DNA from: Dehalococcoidia bacterium
GTDB taxonomy: Bacteria; Chloroflexota; Dehalococcoidia; UBA2979
Reading direction: 5' to 3'
DNA length: 64,000 nucleotides
Assembly: GCA_003599735.1 (NCBI GenBank)
Contig: QZJI01000016.1
Location: forward strand, 1,923-65,922
Shown here in pieces: positions 53,338 through 61,870 of this stretch. Within the stretch, counting starts at the first letter, position 1; every line of letters begins with the position of its first letter. Position numbers and translations under genes: made by a program. The notes under the pieces were generated by a model. It saw nothing but the letters and a program-made list of their open reading frames with translations. It searched no databases and was not told the DNA's origin.

Positions 53338-54678
53338 TTACGTCGCTTCGTACCGACGTGTCACACGTATCCGTTTGTCTCGCACGACCACCTCCGCGAC
53401 CGCGTCCAGCAGCAGTGCGCGCTTCTCGGCGAACTCCAGGCTATCCCACTCTGCGGTCAGACGGTCGGCGGCCGTGACCGCGTCCAGGCGCGGAGAAGCC
53501 GCCTGGGCGGCCGTAGTGAGCCGCACGGCCTCTAGAGCCGGCTCCCCCGCCCTACGTACAACGTCGCGGTAGGTGAGCTCGCCGGCGGCCCACCGTTCGA
53601 GGGTGCGCGCGACCTCGCGGTCGAGAGCGATGCGGCGGGCCTCCGTCGTGCGCGGCGAAGGAGGTTTCCGTGCCACGGAGAGGCGACCGGAGACGAGCGC
53701 ATCGCGCACGGCTGCCTCCAACACCTCCGTCCGCTGGGAGTGGTAAGCGCAGCGCCCCTGGTTCGTCGCGGAGGCGCAGCGGTAATACGTCTTCGCCTCC
53801 CCGCCCCCGGTGGAGCGTCGGGCGCCCAGCAGGCGAGCGCCGCAGTGGCCGCAGCGCGCGAGCCCGGCGAGCAGGTAAGCGTGACGGTGTTGATCGGCGG
53901 GGGCGGTGCGACGGCGGGCCATCCGTGCCTGCACCTCCTCGAATTGGCCGCGACGGAGCAGCGCCGGGTGCGCCCCCGTGACGACGATGCCCAAGCGACG
54001 ATAGGTGCCGGTATAAGTGGGGTTGCGAAGCACCGCGCGCACCGAACCAGCACTCCACGGTTTGCCAAGGCGGGTGTGGATGCCGTCCTCGTTCAACTGG
54101 CGGGCGATGCGCCGGACGCCTTCGTATCCGTCCAGGTAGAGGCTGAAAATTCGGCGCACCACTGCGGCTTCGTGGTCGTCCACCACGAGGTTTCGTCCCT
54201 CGATGGCGTACCCGAACGGCGCTCGCCCCAGCACCTGCCCGCGCAACGCCCGCTTCCGCATCGATTCGCGCGCCCGCTCTCGCCGCCGCTCGTTCGGCGC
54301 GCGGCCGAGCCACGCTGACCGAAGTGCTTGCTCTGGCGTCGAAGCGTCAGCCAGTCGCACCATGGCTCCGGTAGCCAGCAAGGCGAGCAGTCGCTCCGCC
54401 CGATCCAGCGCACGCTCCCCCAGCACCTCTGCGCTTGCCAGCACGACGGTTGGCCGCTCTGCGGCAGTCGCAAGGGCGTCGAGGAGCGTCGTGAAGCCTG
54501 CCAGCCCGGCGGCGTTCGGGGTGTCCTGGTGTGTCTCGATGGCAACGTAGCCCTCGGCGCTGATCAAGGCGGATGTTGCGGCCCGCTGGAGGGAGAGGCC
54601 CAACGGAGGGTCGGCGTCCGGCAGCGGGCGGAGGTAGACGAGTGCTGGGCGGCCCTCGGTGGCCAGATTCGCGGGCAT
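53338..54678 (-). CDS. large serine recombinase family protein with degenerate catalytic motif
   Basis: Recombinase domain (APFGYAIEGRNLVVDDHEAAVVRRIF, ARQLNEDGIHTRLGKPWSAGSVRAVLRNPTYTG), zinc-ribbon CGHCGARL...YYRC...C, and a coiled-coil tail. The N-terminal resolvase domain reads ALVYLRPLPDAD where Y-x-R-V-S-T-x-x-Q is expected. Confidence 0.82.
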   Translation of the reverse strand: MPANLATEGRPALVYLRPLPDADPPLGLSLQRAATSALISAEGYVAIETHQDTPNAAGLAGFTTLLDALATAAERPTVVLASAEVLGERALDRAERLLALLATGAMVRLADASTPEQALRSAWLGRAPNERRRERARESMRKRALRGQVLGRAPFGYAIEGRNLVVDDHEAAVVRRIFSLYLDGYEGVRRIARQLNEDGIHTRLGKPWSAGSVRAVLRNPTYTGTYRRLGIVVTGAHPALLRRGQFEEVQARMARRRTAPADQHRHAYLLAGLARCGHCGARLLGARRSTGGGEAKTYYRCASATNQGRCAYHSQRTEVLEAAVRDALVSGRLSVARKPPSPRTTEARRIALDREVARTLERWAAGELTYRDVVRRAGEPALEAVRLTTAAQAASPRLDAVTAADRLTAEWDSLEFAEKRALLLDAVAEVVVRDKRIRVTRRYEAT

Positions 54679-54779
54679 GTTTCGAGTTTACGCCGGTTGG
54701 GTGGCCCGGCCGGGGTGCGGCTGGCGGTAGTCGGGGTACGATGGAAAGGCCTCATTCGAGGCACCCCGGAGGTTTTCCC

Positions 54780-55331
54780 GTGCTGATTAATGTCTCCACG
54801 CTGCTCACCGAGCCGGTGGGCCACGCACGTCGCCTCCACGCGGAGCGGGAGCGCTGTGCGGTGCCCGAGGAGCGGTTCGAGCAGGAAGTGACCGGGGAGA
54901 TACGGCTGATCCGCTCCGAGCGGGGCGTCCTGGTCATGGCCACGTTCGACCTGGCGCCGGTGACCGTCGAGTGTGGGCGCTGTCTGGAATCGTTCCAAAT
55001 GCCGGTTCACCTCGATTTTGACGAGGAGTATGTACTCCCTCGTGACCCCGTGACCGGCGCGGCCCCCCCGGTGGATGCGGAAGACTTTCTCATCGACGAG
55101 AAGCGGCACCTCGACCTCAGCGAAGCCGTCCGGCAATATGAACAGTCCGCCCTCCCGATCCAGCCGGTCTGTCGGCCGGACTGCCGAGGGCTGTGCCCCA
55201 CCTGCGGGCGCAACCTGAACCGTGAAACCTGCGCCTGCCTTCCGGTAGGCAGGAGTGACCCATGGGGCCCGCTGCGGTCACTGGCCGAGCGGCTTCAGAC
55301 GGAGGATGGCGATGGCTCTCCCAAAGCGTAG
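54780..55331 (+). CDS. yceD: YceD/DUF177 family protein (large-subunit ribosome assembly associated)
   Basis: CGRCLE...CRPDCRGLCPTCGRNLN cysteine pairs and its position immediately upstream of rpmF. GTG 54780 follows a GGAGG SD. Confidence 0.85.
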   Translation: MLINVSTLLTEPVGHARRLHAERERCAVPEERFEQEVTGEIRLIRSERGVLVMATFDLAPVTVECGRCLESFQMPVHLDFDEEYVLPRDPVTGAAPPVDAEDFLIDEKRHLDLSEAVRQYEQSALPIQPVCRPDCRGLCPTCGRNLNRETCACLPVGRSDPWGPLRSLAERLQTEDGDGSPKA

Positions 55332-55488
55332 GACCCCCGTGTCGAAGCGGAAGACTCGCCAGAGTCACGACGGCGTCGCGGTGCCAAACTTGGTCCGCGA
55401 CCCCGCGACCGGCGGAGTGAAGATCAACCACACCGCGGGCGGCGCGCGTGATGCCAAGGGCCGCCTCATCGAGCGCGGCGAGGCGTAA
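55312..55488 (+). CDS. rpmF: 50S ribosomal protein L32
   Basis: MALPKRRTPVSKRKTRQSH N-terminus. ATG 55312 lies 6 nt after GGAGG. Overlaps the end of yceD. Confidence 0.88.
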   Translation: MALPKRRTPVSKRKTRQSHDGVAVPNLVRDPATGGVKINHTAGGARDAKGRLIERGEA

Positions 55489-55494
55489 CCCCCG

Positions 55495-56466
55495 GTGCCC
55501 TCCCCCGCTGAGACGGTCGCCGCGACCCTCGACCGGATCGCCTCGCTCCCTGTGGCCACGGACACCGCTTGGGTCTTTCCCGGGCAGGGCGCGCAGGCCG
55601 TGGGGATGGGTGCCGACCTGTACGAACAGTTACCCGCTGCCCGTGCCGTGTTCGACGTTGCCGACGCCGCGCTCGGCATCTCGTTGACCTCGCTCTGCTT
55701 CACCGGGCCCGAGGCTGACCTGACGCAGACGGTGAACACGCAGCCAGCGCTCGTGACGCACGCCGTCGCGGCGCTGGTCGCGGCCCTCGATGCCGGTACG
55801 CTCACCCGTCGCCCCGCCTTCGTCGCCGGCCACTCGCTCGGCGAGTACGCGGCGCTGGTGGCCGCCGGCTCCGTCACATTCGATGTGGGCGTGCGGCTAG
55901 TGCGCGCACGCGGCGAGGCGATGCAGGCCGCTTGCGACGCGCAGCCGAGCACCATGGCGGCCATCCTCGGGTTGGAGCCAGACGCCCTCCGCGCAGCGAT
56001 CACCCCGCACGGCGCTTCGCTCTGCAACATCAACGCGCCCGGCAACATCACCATCGGTGGCACGGTCGCGGCGGTGGAGGCGGCCTCGGCCGCTGCCACG
56101 GCGGCTGGTGCGTCGCGTGCGGTGCCACTCACCGTGGCCGGCGCGTTCCACACGCCGCTGATGGCAGGTGCCGCGGAGCGGATGCGGGTCGCCCTCGCGG
56201 GGACGACGTTCAGGGACCCGACGATGCCCGTTATCTCCAACGTGACCGCGACCCCACTGACTTCCGGCGCGGCATTCGCCGCCGAACTGGAGCAGCAGAT
56301 CACCGCCCCGGTGCTGTGGCTCGCCTCGGTGTCAGCGATGCAGGCTGCGGGAGTCTCAAAGTTCATCGAGTTTGGCCCCGGCAAGGTGCTTTCTGGCCTG
56401 TTCAAGCGCATTGACCGTTCGTTTGACGTGAAGAATGTTGGCACGGTCGAGGAGGTCCGCGCGTGA
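55495..56466 (+). CDS. fabD: malonyl CoA-acyl carrier protein transacylase
   Basis: FPGQGAQ, and the active-site Ser in GHSLGEY. GTG start with an unusually long N-terminus, so the start is uncertain. Confidence 0.92.
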   Translation: MPSPAETVAATLDRIASLPVATDTAWVFPGQGAQAVGMGADLYEQLPAARAVFDVADAALGISLTSLCFTGPEADLTQTVNTQPALVTHAVAALVAALDAGTLTRRPAFVAGHSLGEYAALVAAGSVTFDVGVRLVRARGEAMQAACDAQPSTMAAILGLEPDALRAAITPHGASLCNINAPGNITIGGTVAAVEAASAAATAAGASRAVPLTVAGAFHTPLMAGAAERMRVALAGTTFRDPTMPVISNVTATPLTSGAAFAAELEQQITAPVLWLASVSAMQAAGVSKFIEFGPGKVLSGLFKRIDRSFDVKNVGTVEEVRA

Positions 56467-57230
56467 CGGAGCACGCACCCGGATCGTTACGCGGGCGTGT
56501 GGCGGTCGTCACCGGTGGTGGGCGTGGCATCGGCCGTGCGATCGCCACCGATCTGGCCCGTGCTGGCGCGGACATCGCCCTCACCTACCGCTCCGACCCG
56601 GCGCAGGCTGAGGTTGTGGCGGCGGAACTCGCCGCCACACACGGCGTCCGCGTCCGCGCTGTCCAGTGTGATGTCCGTGAGTCGGCCGACATCGAACGCC
56701 TGATCAACGAGGCAAAAGACAACCTCGGTGGGCTGCACATCCTCGTGAACAACGCGGGGATGACCGCCGACGGCCTGGTGATGCGGATGTCCGAGCAGGC
56801 CTGGGACGACGTGATTGAGACGAACCTGCGTGGCACCTTCCTCGCGAGTAAGGCCGCGATCCGGCATATGCTGCGCGAGCGCTGGGGCCGTGTCATTAAC
56901 ATCACCTCGGTCGTCGGTATCTCCGGCAACGCCGGGCAGGCGAACTACGCGGCTGCGAAGGCGGGGATCATCGGGTTCACCCGTTCGCTTGCCCTCGAAG
57001 TAGCCTCCCGGAACATCACGGTGAATGCGGTGGCGCCGGGATTCGTCCTGACCGATATGACCGCCGGATTGACCGACGACCAGAAAGACGCCATCAAGGG
57101 CCGCATCCCCATGGGTCGGTACGCGGACGCAGGAGAGATTTCCCCGGTGGTCGTCTTCCTCGCCTCGGAGGGCGCCTCCTACATCACCGGCCAGGTGATC
57201 AATGTGGATGGTGGGCTGGTGATGGCCTAG
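56463..57230 (+). CDS. fabG: 3-oxoacyl-[acyl-carrier-protein] reductase
   Basis: SDR motifs TGGGRGIGRAIA, NNAG and YAAAKAG. The GTG overlaps the fabD stop (GTGA). Confidence 0.92.
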   Translation: MTEHAPGSLRGRVAVVTGGGRGIGRAIATDLARAGADIALTYRSDPAQAEVVAAELAATHGVRVRAVQCDVRESADIERLINEAKDNLGGLHILVNNAGMTADGLVMRMSEQAWDDVIETNLRGTFLASKAAIRHMLRERWGRVINITSVVGISGNAGQANYAAAKAGIIGFTRSLALEVASRNITVNAVAPGFVLTDMTAGLTDDQKDAIKGRIPMGRYADAGEISPVVVFLASEGASYITGQVINVDGGLVMA

Positions 57231-57288
57231 CCGTCGCCGTTGTTGCGCCCGTCGCCTACCCTCCCCCCGCCACCCGATCGAGGTTTCC

Positions 57289-57750
57289 ATGGCCAGCAGC
57301 CGTCGTCGCTCCCGTATCGTCGCCTTCCAGGCGCTGTTCGAGGCTGACCTTGGCGGGCACCCCCTGGGGCCGGTGCTGGCGCGCCACCTGGCGGAGGCTG
57401 GGCTAGATGCCGAGGGCCTTCGGTTCGCCCGCGGGCTGGCGGAGGGAATTCAGGCAAATCTGACGGACATTGACGCTGTCATCCAGCGCCATGCCCCCGC
57501 CTTCCCCCTGGCAGAGATGGCCGCTGTGGACCGAAATGTGCTGCGCCTTGCGGTCTACGAAGTGCTCTTCGATACTGACCGCGCTCCGCTCCGAGCGGCG
57601 ATCAACGAGGCCGTGGAGATCGCCAAGGGGTACGGTTCGGAGTCGTCTGGCCGTTTCATCAATGGCGTGCTGGGCGCGGTCGCCCTGGAGGCGGCGGAAC
57701 GACAGGGATCTGCCGGCCAGGGGGAATCCGGACCGCCTGAGGGCGGATGA
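57289..57750 (+). CDS. nusB: transcription antitermination factor NusB
   Basis: [33 protein letters not shown] and [27 protein letters not shown]. Confidence 0.88.
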   Translation: MASSRRRSRIVAFQALFEADLGGHPLGPVLARHLAEAGLDAEGLRFARGLAEGIQANLTDIDAVIQRHAPAFPLAEMAAVDRNVLRLAVYEVLFDTDRAPLRAAINEAVEIAKGYGSESSGRFINGVLGAVALEAAERQGSAGQGESGPPEGG

Positions 57751-57767
57751 CAGGAAAAGGACTGCTA

Positions 57768-58025
57768 GTGGCAACTGTATTTGAGCGCGTGCGCGCGTTG
57801 ATCGTGGAACAGCTGGGCGTCGAGGAGGAAGAGGTCACCGCGAACGCTTCGTTCGTGGACGACCTCAACGCGGACTCCCTCGACCTTGTCGAGCTGATCA
57901 TGTCCATCGAGGAGGAGTTCTCGAAGGACGGGAACCAGTTGGAGATCTCGGACGAGGACGCGGAAAAGATCCGCAACGTCCAGGACGCTATCGACTACTT
58001 GCGAGACCAGGGCATCGAGGACTAG
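57768..58025 (+). CDS. acpP: acyl carrier protein
   Basis: [14 protein letters not shown] with the phosphopantetheine-attachment Ser. GTG 57768 follows a GGAAAAGGA SD with 6-nt spacing. The alternative ATG 57747 overlaps the nusB stop (ATGA). Confidence 0.9.
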   Translation: MATVFERVRALIVEQLGVEEEEVTANASFVDDLNADSLDLVELIMSIEEEFSKDGNQLEISDEDAEKIRNVQDAIDYLRDQGIED

Positions 58026-58054
58026 CCCTTACGCCCCGCGTAGCTCGAACTTTG

Positions 58055-58087
58055 AACGCCCCGGAGTCCGTCTGACGGCCCGGGGCG
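58055..58087 (+). terminator. GC-rich hairpin after acpP (terminator candidate, no U tract)
   Basis: ACGCCCCGG at 58055-58063 pairs with CCGGGGCGT at 58079-58087. There is an inner CCGTC/GACGG pairing. Confidence 0.4.
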
Positions 58088-58099
58088 TATCATTCCACC

Positions 58100-58633
58100 A
58101 TGGAACTCTTCGGCGTTGGCCCGCTGGAAGCGCTGCTGGTCGGCGTCATCGCGTTTCTCGTTGTCGGGCCGGACAGATTCCCCGAACTCGCCCGTCAAGC
58201 GGGCAAGTGGTATCGCGTCGCCCGTGCCTTCACAGCTGATGTGATGTCGGATGTGCAGGGCGCCGTCAAAGAATTGGAAGCCGAGGTTGACGCCTCGACC
58301 GGCGGCTTGCGTTCCATCCGCGAACTGACCGAAGCGGGTAGCATCCTGAGCGAGGCCCGCGCCGACGTGGAGACGGCGACCTCTTCCGTCCAGGCTGTGG
58401 TCGAAACCAGTGCCGTTTCCACGGAGCCCGCCCCCACACAGGCTGTTCCGGTATTTGAGGCTGCCGCGAGCGCGGTCACGTCCCCGTCCGAAGCGTCGGC
58501 GTCAGCGTCCGTAAACCCGGCCCCGCAGCCATCGAGTGGTGCCCACGGCGACCCGTTTGATGCCGCAGAGGTGAAGCGCCGAGAAGCGGCAGCCCGTGAG
58601 GCGGCCGCGCGCATCACTGGGGGTAGCGTGTGA
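58100..58633 (+). CDS. tatB: twin-arginine translocase TatA/TatB family protein (TatB-like)
   Basis: N-terminal TM plus hinge and amphipathic helix: LLVGVIAFLVVGPDRFPELARQAGKWYRVARAF. Long Ala/Ser-rich tail. Confidence 0.75.
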   Translation: MELFGVGPLEALLVGVIAFLVVGPDRFPELARQAGKWYRVARAFTADVMSDVQGAVKELEAEVDASTGGLRSIRELTEAGSILSEARADVETATSSVQAVVETSAVSTEPAPTQAVPVFEAAASAVTSPSEASASASVNPAPQPSSGAHGDPFDAAEVKRREAAAREAAARITGGSV

Positions 58634-59394
58634 CGACAGCCCTCGACCGCGCGAAGCAGAAGGCGGCGGAGGCAGTCGGCGGCGAGATGACGCTGCTGGA
58701 GCATTTGCTCGAACTGCGTACCCGCGTGATGTGGTCCGCGATCACGGTGGTGATCGCGATGGTCGTGTTCTTCGTCCCACCCGTAGGATTCGGTGTGATC
58801 GGATGGATGCTCGCTCCAGCTCGCGAGACGATCCCGGACTTCCGGCCGCAGTACATCGAGCCGATGGAGAACATCGCCGTGTATTTCCGAGTCGCGCTGC
58901 TCGGCGGCGTCACCGTCGCGATGCCGATGTTGGTGTTCCAGATGCTGGGGTTTGTCGCTCCCGCCCTGACGAAATCGGAGAAACGCTGGCTCTTTCCGAT
59001 TGTGTTCTTAGCGACGGTCGCATTCATTGGCGGGCTCGCGTTTGGGTACTGGATCGTGCTTCCGGTGACGCTGGGTTTCCTGCTGTCGTTCGGCAACGAT
59101 GTGGCGCAGGCTGACTGGCGGATCGGGAACTACATCGGCTTCGTCACACGGATCCTGCTCGTGATGGGGTTCGTATTTGAGACACCCCTGCTGGTCATGG
59201 GGCTGGCGAAGGCGGGCGTCGTCACTGCGAGGAAACTGCTGAAGTGGTGGCGCCTCGCGGTGGTCGCGGCCTTCCTCGTGGCCGCCGTTGTTACACCGAC
59301 GATTGACCCAATCACCCAGTCCTTGGTCGGCGGACCGATCGTCATCCTGTACTTTGTCGGCATTGGCCTTGCTTGGCTGGTACGGCGGGAATGA
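58630..59394 (+). CDS. tatC: twin-arginine translocase subunit TatC
   Basis: MTLLEHLLELRTRV N-terminus with six hydrophobic segments. The GTG overlaps the tatB stop (GTGA). Confidence 0.9.
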   Translation: MTTALDRAKQKAAEAVGGEMTLLEHLLELRTRVMWSAITVVIAMVVFFVPPVGFGVIGWMLAPARETIPDFRPQYIEPMENIAVYFRVALLGGVTVAMPMLVFQMLGFVAPALTKSEKRWLFPIVFLATVAFIGGLAFGYWIVLPVTLGFLLSFGNDVAQADWRIGNYIGFVTRILLVMGFVFETPLLVMGLAKAGVVTARKLLKWWRLAVVAAFLVAAVVTPTIDPITQSLVGGPIVILYFVGIGLAWLVRRE

Positions 59395-59434
59395 GGATAA
59401 ACTGCGCATCTGTATATGCGTACAAACGAATGCG

Positions 59435-59463
59435 TTGCCCCCGACTCTACCCTTTGTTACCCT
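59435..59463 (+). promoter_or_regulatory. promoter candidate (TTGCCC-17 nt-TACCCT) placed for a leaderless udg mRNA
   Basis: TTGCCC at 59435-59440 and TACCCT at 59458-59463. ATG 59470 begins 6 nt after the -10 box, and no SD is present. Confidence 0.35.
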
Positions 59464-59469
59464 TTCCCC

Positions 59470-60138
59470 ATGACCACGCTGGCGAACCCTCGCCTGACAC
59501 CCGTTTCAGATCCACAGCGGTCACCCGTGCCTGACGATATCCGCCGCCCGGTCGCGCCAGCCGCTCTGCTGCCGCTCTACGAGGTGCCTGCCGGTTGTGC
59601 GACTACCTACGAGGAGATCGCGGACTGCCCCGCGTGTGTCCTCGCTAAAACACGCTCGCGCACCGTCCCCGGTTCCGGACCGGCCCCGTGTGACCTGATG
59701 TTCATCGGCGAGGCGCCCGGCCAGCGTGAGGATGAGCTGGGCTTGCCCTTTGTAGGGCGCTCCGGGCAATTCCTGGATGATCTGCTAGCTTCAATCGGTC
59801 GGTCGCGCACAGATGTTTATGTCACGAATGTCGTAAAATGTCGCCCACCCGCGAACCGCGATCCGAACCCCGAGGAGATCGCTGCCTGTAGGGACTACCT
59901 CGACCGGCAGATCGCGCTGGTTGCGCCGCGTGTGATTGCCACGCTCGGACGGTTTTCAATGGCGAAATGGTTCCCGGCAGAGCGGATCAGTCAGATCCAC
60001 GGCCGCGCGGTGCAGCGTGACGGGCGGTGGATCGTGCCGATGTATCATCCGGCGGCGGCGTTGCGGGACGGCTCGCTGCGCGCCGTCATGAAGCAGGATT
60101 TCGCACAGATTCCATCGCTGCTCGCGGGGACGGTCTGA
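59470..60138 (+). CDS. udg: uracil-DNA glycosylase, family 4
   Basis: CPAC...GEAPGQREDELGLPFVGRSG, VYVTNVVKCRPP and HPAA motifs of family 4 (Fe-S) UDGs. ATG 59470 is preferred over 59416 because the first 18 codons of the longer ORF have poor GC3. Confidence 0.82.
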   Translation: MTTLANPRLTPVSDPQRSPVPDDIRRPVAPAALLPLYEVPAGCATTYEEIADCPACVLAKTRSRTVPGSGPAPCDLMFIGEAPGQREDELGLPFVGRSGQFLDDLLASIGRSRTDVYVTNVVKCRPPANRDPNPEEIAACRDYLDRQIALVAPRVIATLGRFSMAKWFPAERISQIHGRAVQRDGRWIVPMYHPAAALRDGSLRAVMKQDFAQIPSLLAGTV

Positions 60139-61790
60139 TGGCCGCGAGTACGCCGTTACGCGTGATTCCCCTCGGCGGTCTCGGCGAGATCGGCCGCAAT
60201 ATGATGGTCTACGAGTACGGCGACACGATGATCGCGGTGGACGTGGGGCTGATGTTCCCGGACGTGGAACATCCCGGCGTCGACCTCATTATCCCGGACT
60301 GGCAGTACGTCCTGGACCGTAAGGAGCGGCTGCGTGCCGTCTTCCTCACGCATGGGCACGAGGACCACATTGGCGCCATGCCGTTCCTCCTCCGTGAAGT
60401 GAATGTCCCCGTCTTTTGTCTGAAACTCACACGCGGCCTGGTGCAAGTGAAGTTGAAAGAACACCGGATCGAGGCGGACGTCACTGTTGTCGAACCCGGC
60501 GACGCGATCGAGGTCGGTCCGTTCACGGTGGAGTTCTTCTCGGTGTCCCATTCCATCCCGGACTCTGCCGGGCTGATCATCGAAACGCCGGTCGGTACGG
60601 TCGTCCACACCGGGGACTTCAAGATCGACCACACCCCAATCGGCGGACAGCACACCGACCTCGGCCGGCTCGCCGCCGTTGGCGAGGAAGGCGCGCTGCT
60701 CCTGTGCGCGGATTCCACCTACGCGGAGATCGAGGGATATACCCCGTCCGAACAGGTGGTCGCGGAGACGCTCGACCGAATTATTGGCGACGCGGAGGGT
60801 CGGGTGATCGTCACCACCTTCGCCTCGCTCATCTCGCGCGTGCAAATGGTGATCGATGCGGCAGAGAAGCATGGGCGCCGCGTCTTCGTCACGGGTCGCT
60901 CGATGGTGAACAACGTGAATATGGCACGCGACCTCGGCTATCTGCGGGTGCCGGGGAACATGCTGATGACCCCCAATCAGGTGCGCGACCATCCGGACGC
61001 AAAGACGGTGATCGTCTGCACCGGCTCGCAGGGTGAGCCCACCTCGGCGCTGACGAGGATGGCGAGCGGTTCGCATCAGCAGATCGCGATCTCGCCGGGC
61101 GACACCGTGATCCTCTCCTCCAACCCGGTCCCCGGGAACGAGAAGGCCGTCTACAAGAACATCGACATGTTGTACGAAGCAGGCGCGAAGGTGGTCTACA
61201 ACCGCATCGCGGACGTCCATGTGCGCGGTCACGCGGCGCGCGAAGAATTGAAGGTCATTCACCGGCTGGTCCGGCCGCGTCACTTCGTCCCGATCCACGG
61301 TGAGTACCGCCACCTGGTGCTGCATCGCGAACTCGCGATCTCCCTTGGCATGCCTCCAGAGGACGCCTTTGTCCTGACCGACGGAGATGTACTGGAGATC
61401 GACGACGACGGCGCACGTCTCGGGGAGAGGGTTGAGGCCGACTACATCTACATCGATGGCCTCGGCGTCGGCGAGATCGACGACTTCGTGCTGCGGGACC
61501 GCCAGCACCTCGCGAACGACGGCCTCGTGGTCTATGTGACGGCAGTGGACCGCCACAGCGGCAAGCTGACGCGGCCGCCCGAAGTAATGTCCCACGGCTT
61601 CGCTGGTCCGGACGAAGAGCCCGCATTGATGGAGGCCGTCTCCCAGTTGCTGATTGACGTGCTCGGGGGGGAGGCGAAGCACGCCGACTGGCGTGCGCTC
61701 CACGAATCCCTCAAGGACGACATCGCTGGCCTGTTGCACCGGAAGACGCACCGGCGTCCGCTGGTGATCCCGGTGATGCTGGAGGTTTAG
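60138..61790 (+). CDS. rnj: ribonuclease J
   Basis: Metallo-beta-lactamase/beta-CASP: IPLGGLGEIGRNM, THGHEDHIG and HVRGHAAREEL. The ATG overlaps the udg TGA by 1 nt (TGATG). Confidence 0.92.
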   Translation: MAASTPLRVIPLGGLGEIGRNMMVYEYGDTMIAVDVGLMFPDVEHPGVDLIIPDWQYVLDRKERLRAVFLTHGHEDHIGAMPFLLREVNVPVFCLKLTRGLVQVKLKEHRIEADVTVVEPGDAIEVGPFTVEFFSVSHSIPDSAGLIIETPVGTVVHTGDFKIDHTPIGGQHTDLGRLAAVGEEGALLLCADSTYAEIEGYTPSEQVVAETLDRIIGDAEGRVIVTTFASLISRVQMVIDAAEKHGRRVFVTGRSMVNNVNMARDLGYLRVPGNMLMTPNQVRDHPDAKTVIVCTGSQGEPTSALTRMASGSHQQIAISPGDTVILSSNPVPGNEKAVYKNIDMLYEAGAKVVYNRIADVHVRGHAAREELKVIHRLVRPRHFVPIHGEYRHLVLHRELAISLGMPPEDAFVLTDGDVLEIDDDGARLGERVEADYIYIDGLGVGEIDDFVLRDRQHLANDGLVVYVTAVDRHSGKLTRPPEVMSHGFAGPDEEPALMEAVSQLLIDVLGGEAKHADWRALHESLKDDIAGLLHRKTHRRPLVIPVMLEV

Positions 61791-61870
61791 GGCGCGCAAG
61801 CGCGGAGATGTGTGCAAGCGCCGCTGAGGCGCGACACTGGAAGTGACGGCCGGACGCCTGGCGGGGGCGG

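Noticed and set aside
52727-54779. Integrated mobile element or genomic island anchored at rnpB by the recombinase
   Set aside because: There are no cargo genes, no direct repeats of rnpB ends visible in the window, and no compositional shift in the recombinase gene. Only a lone, probably inactive, recombinase homolog was called.
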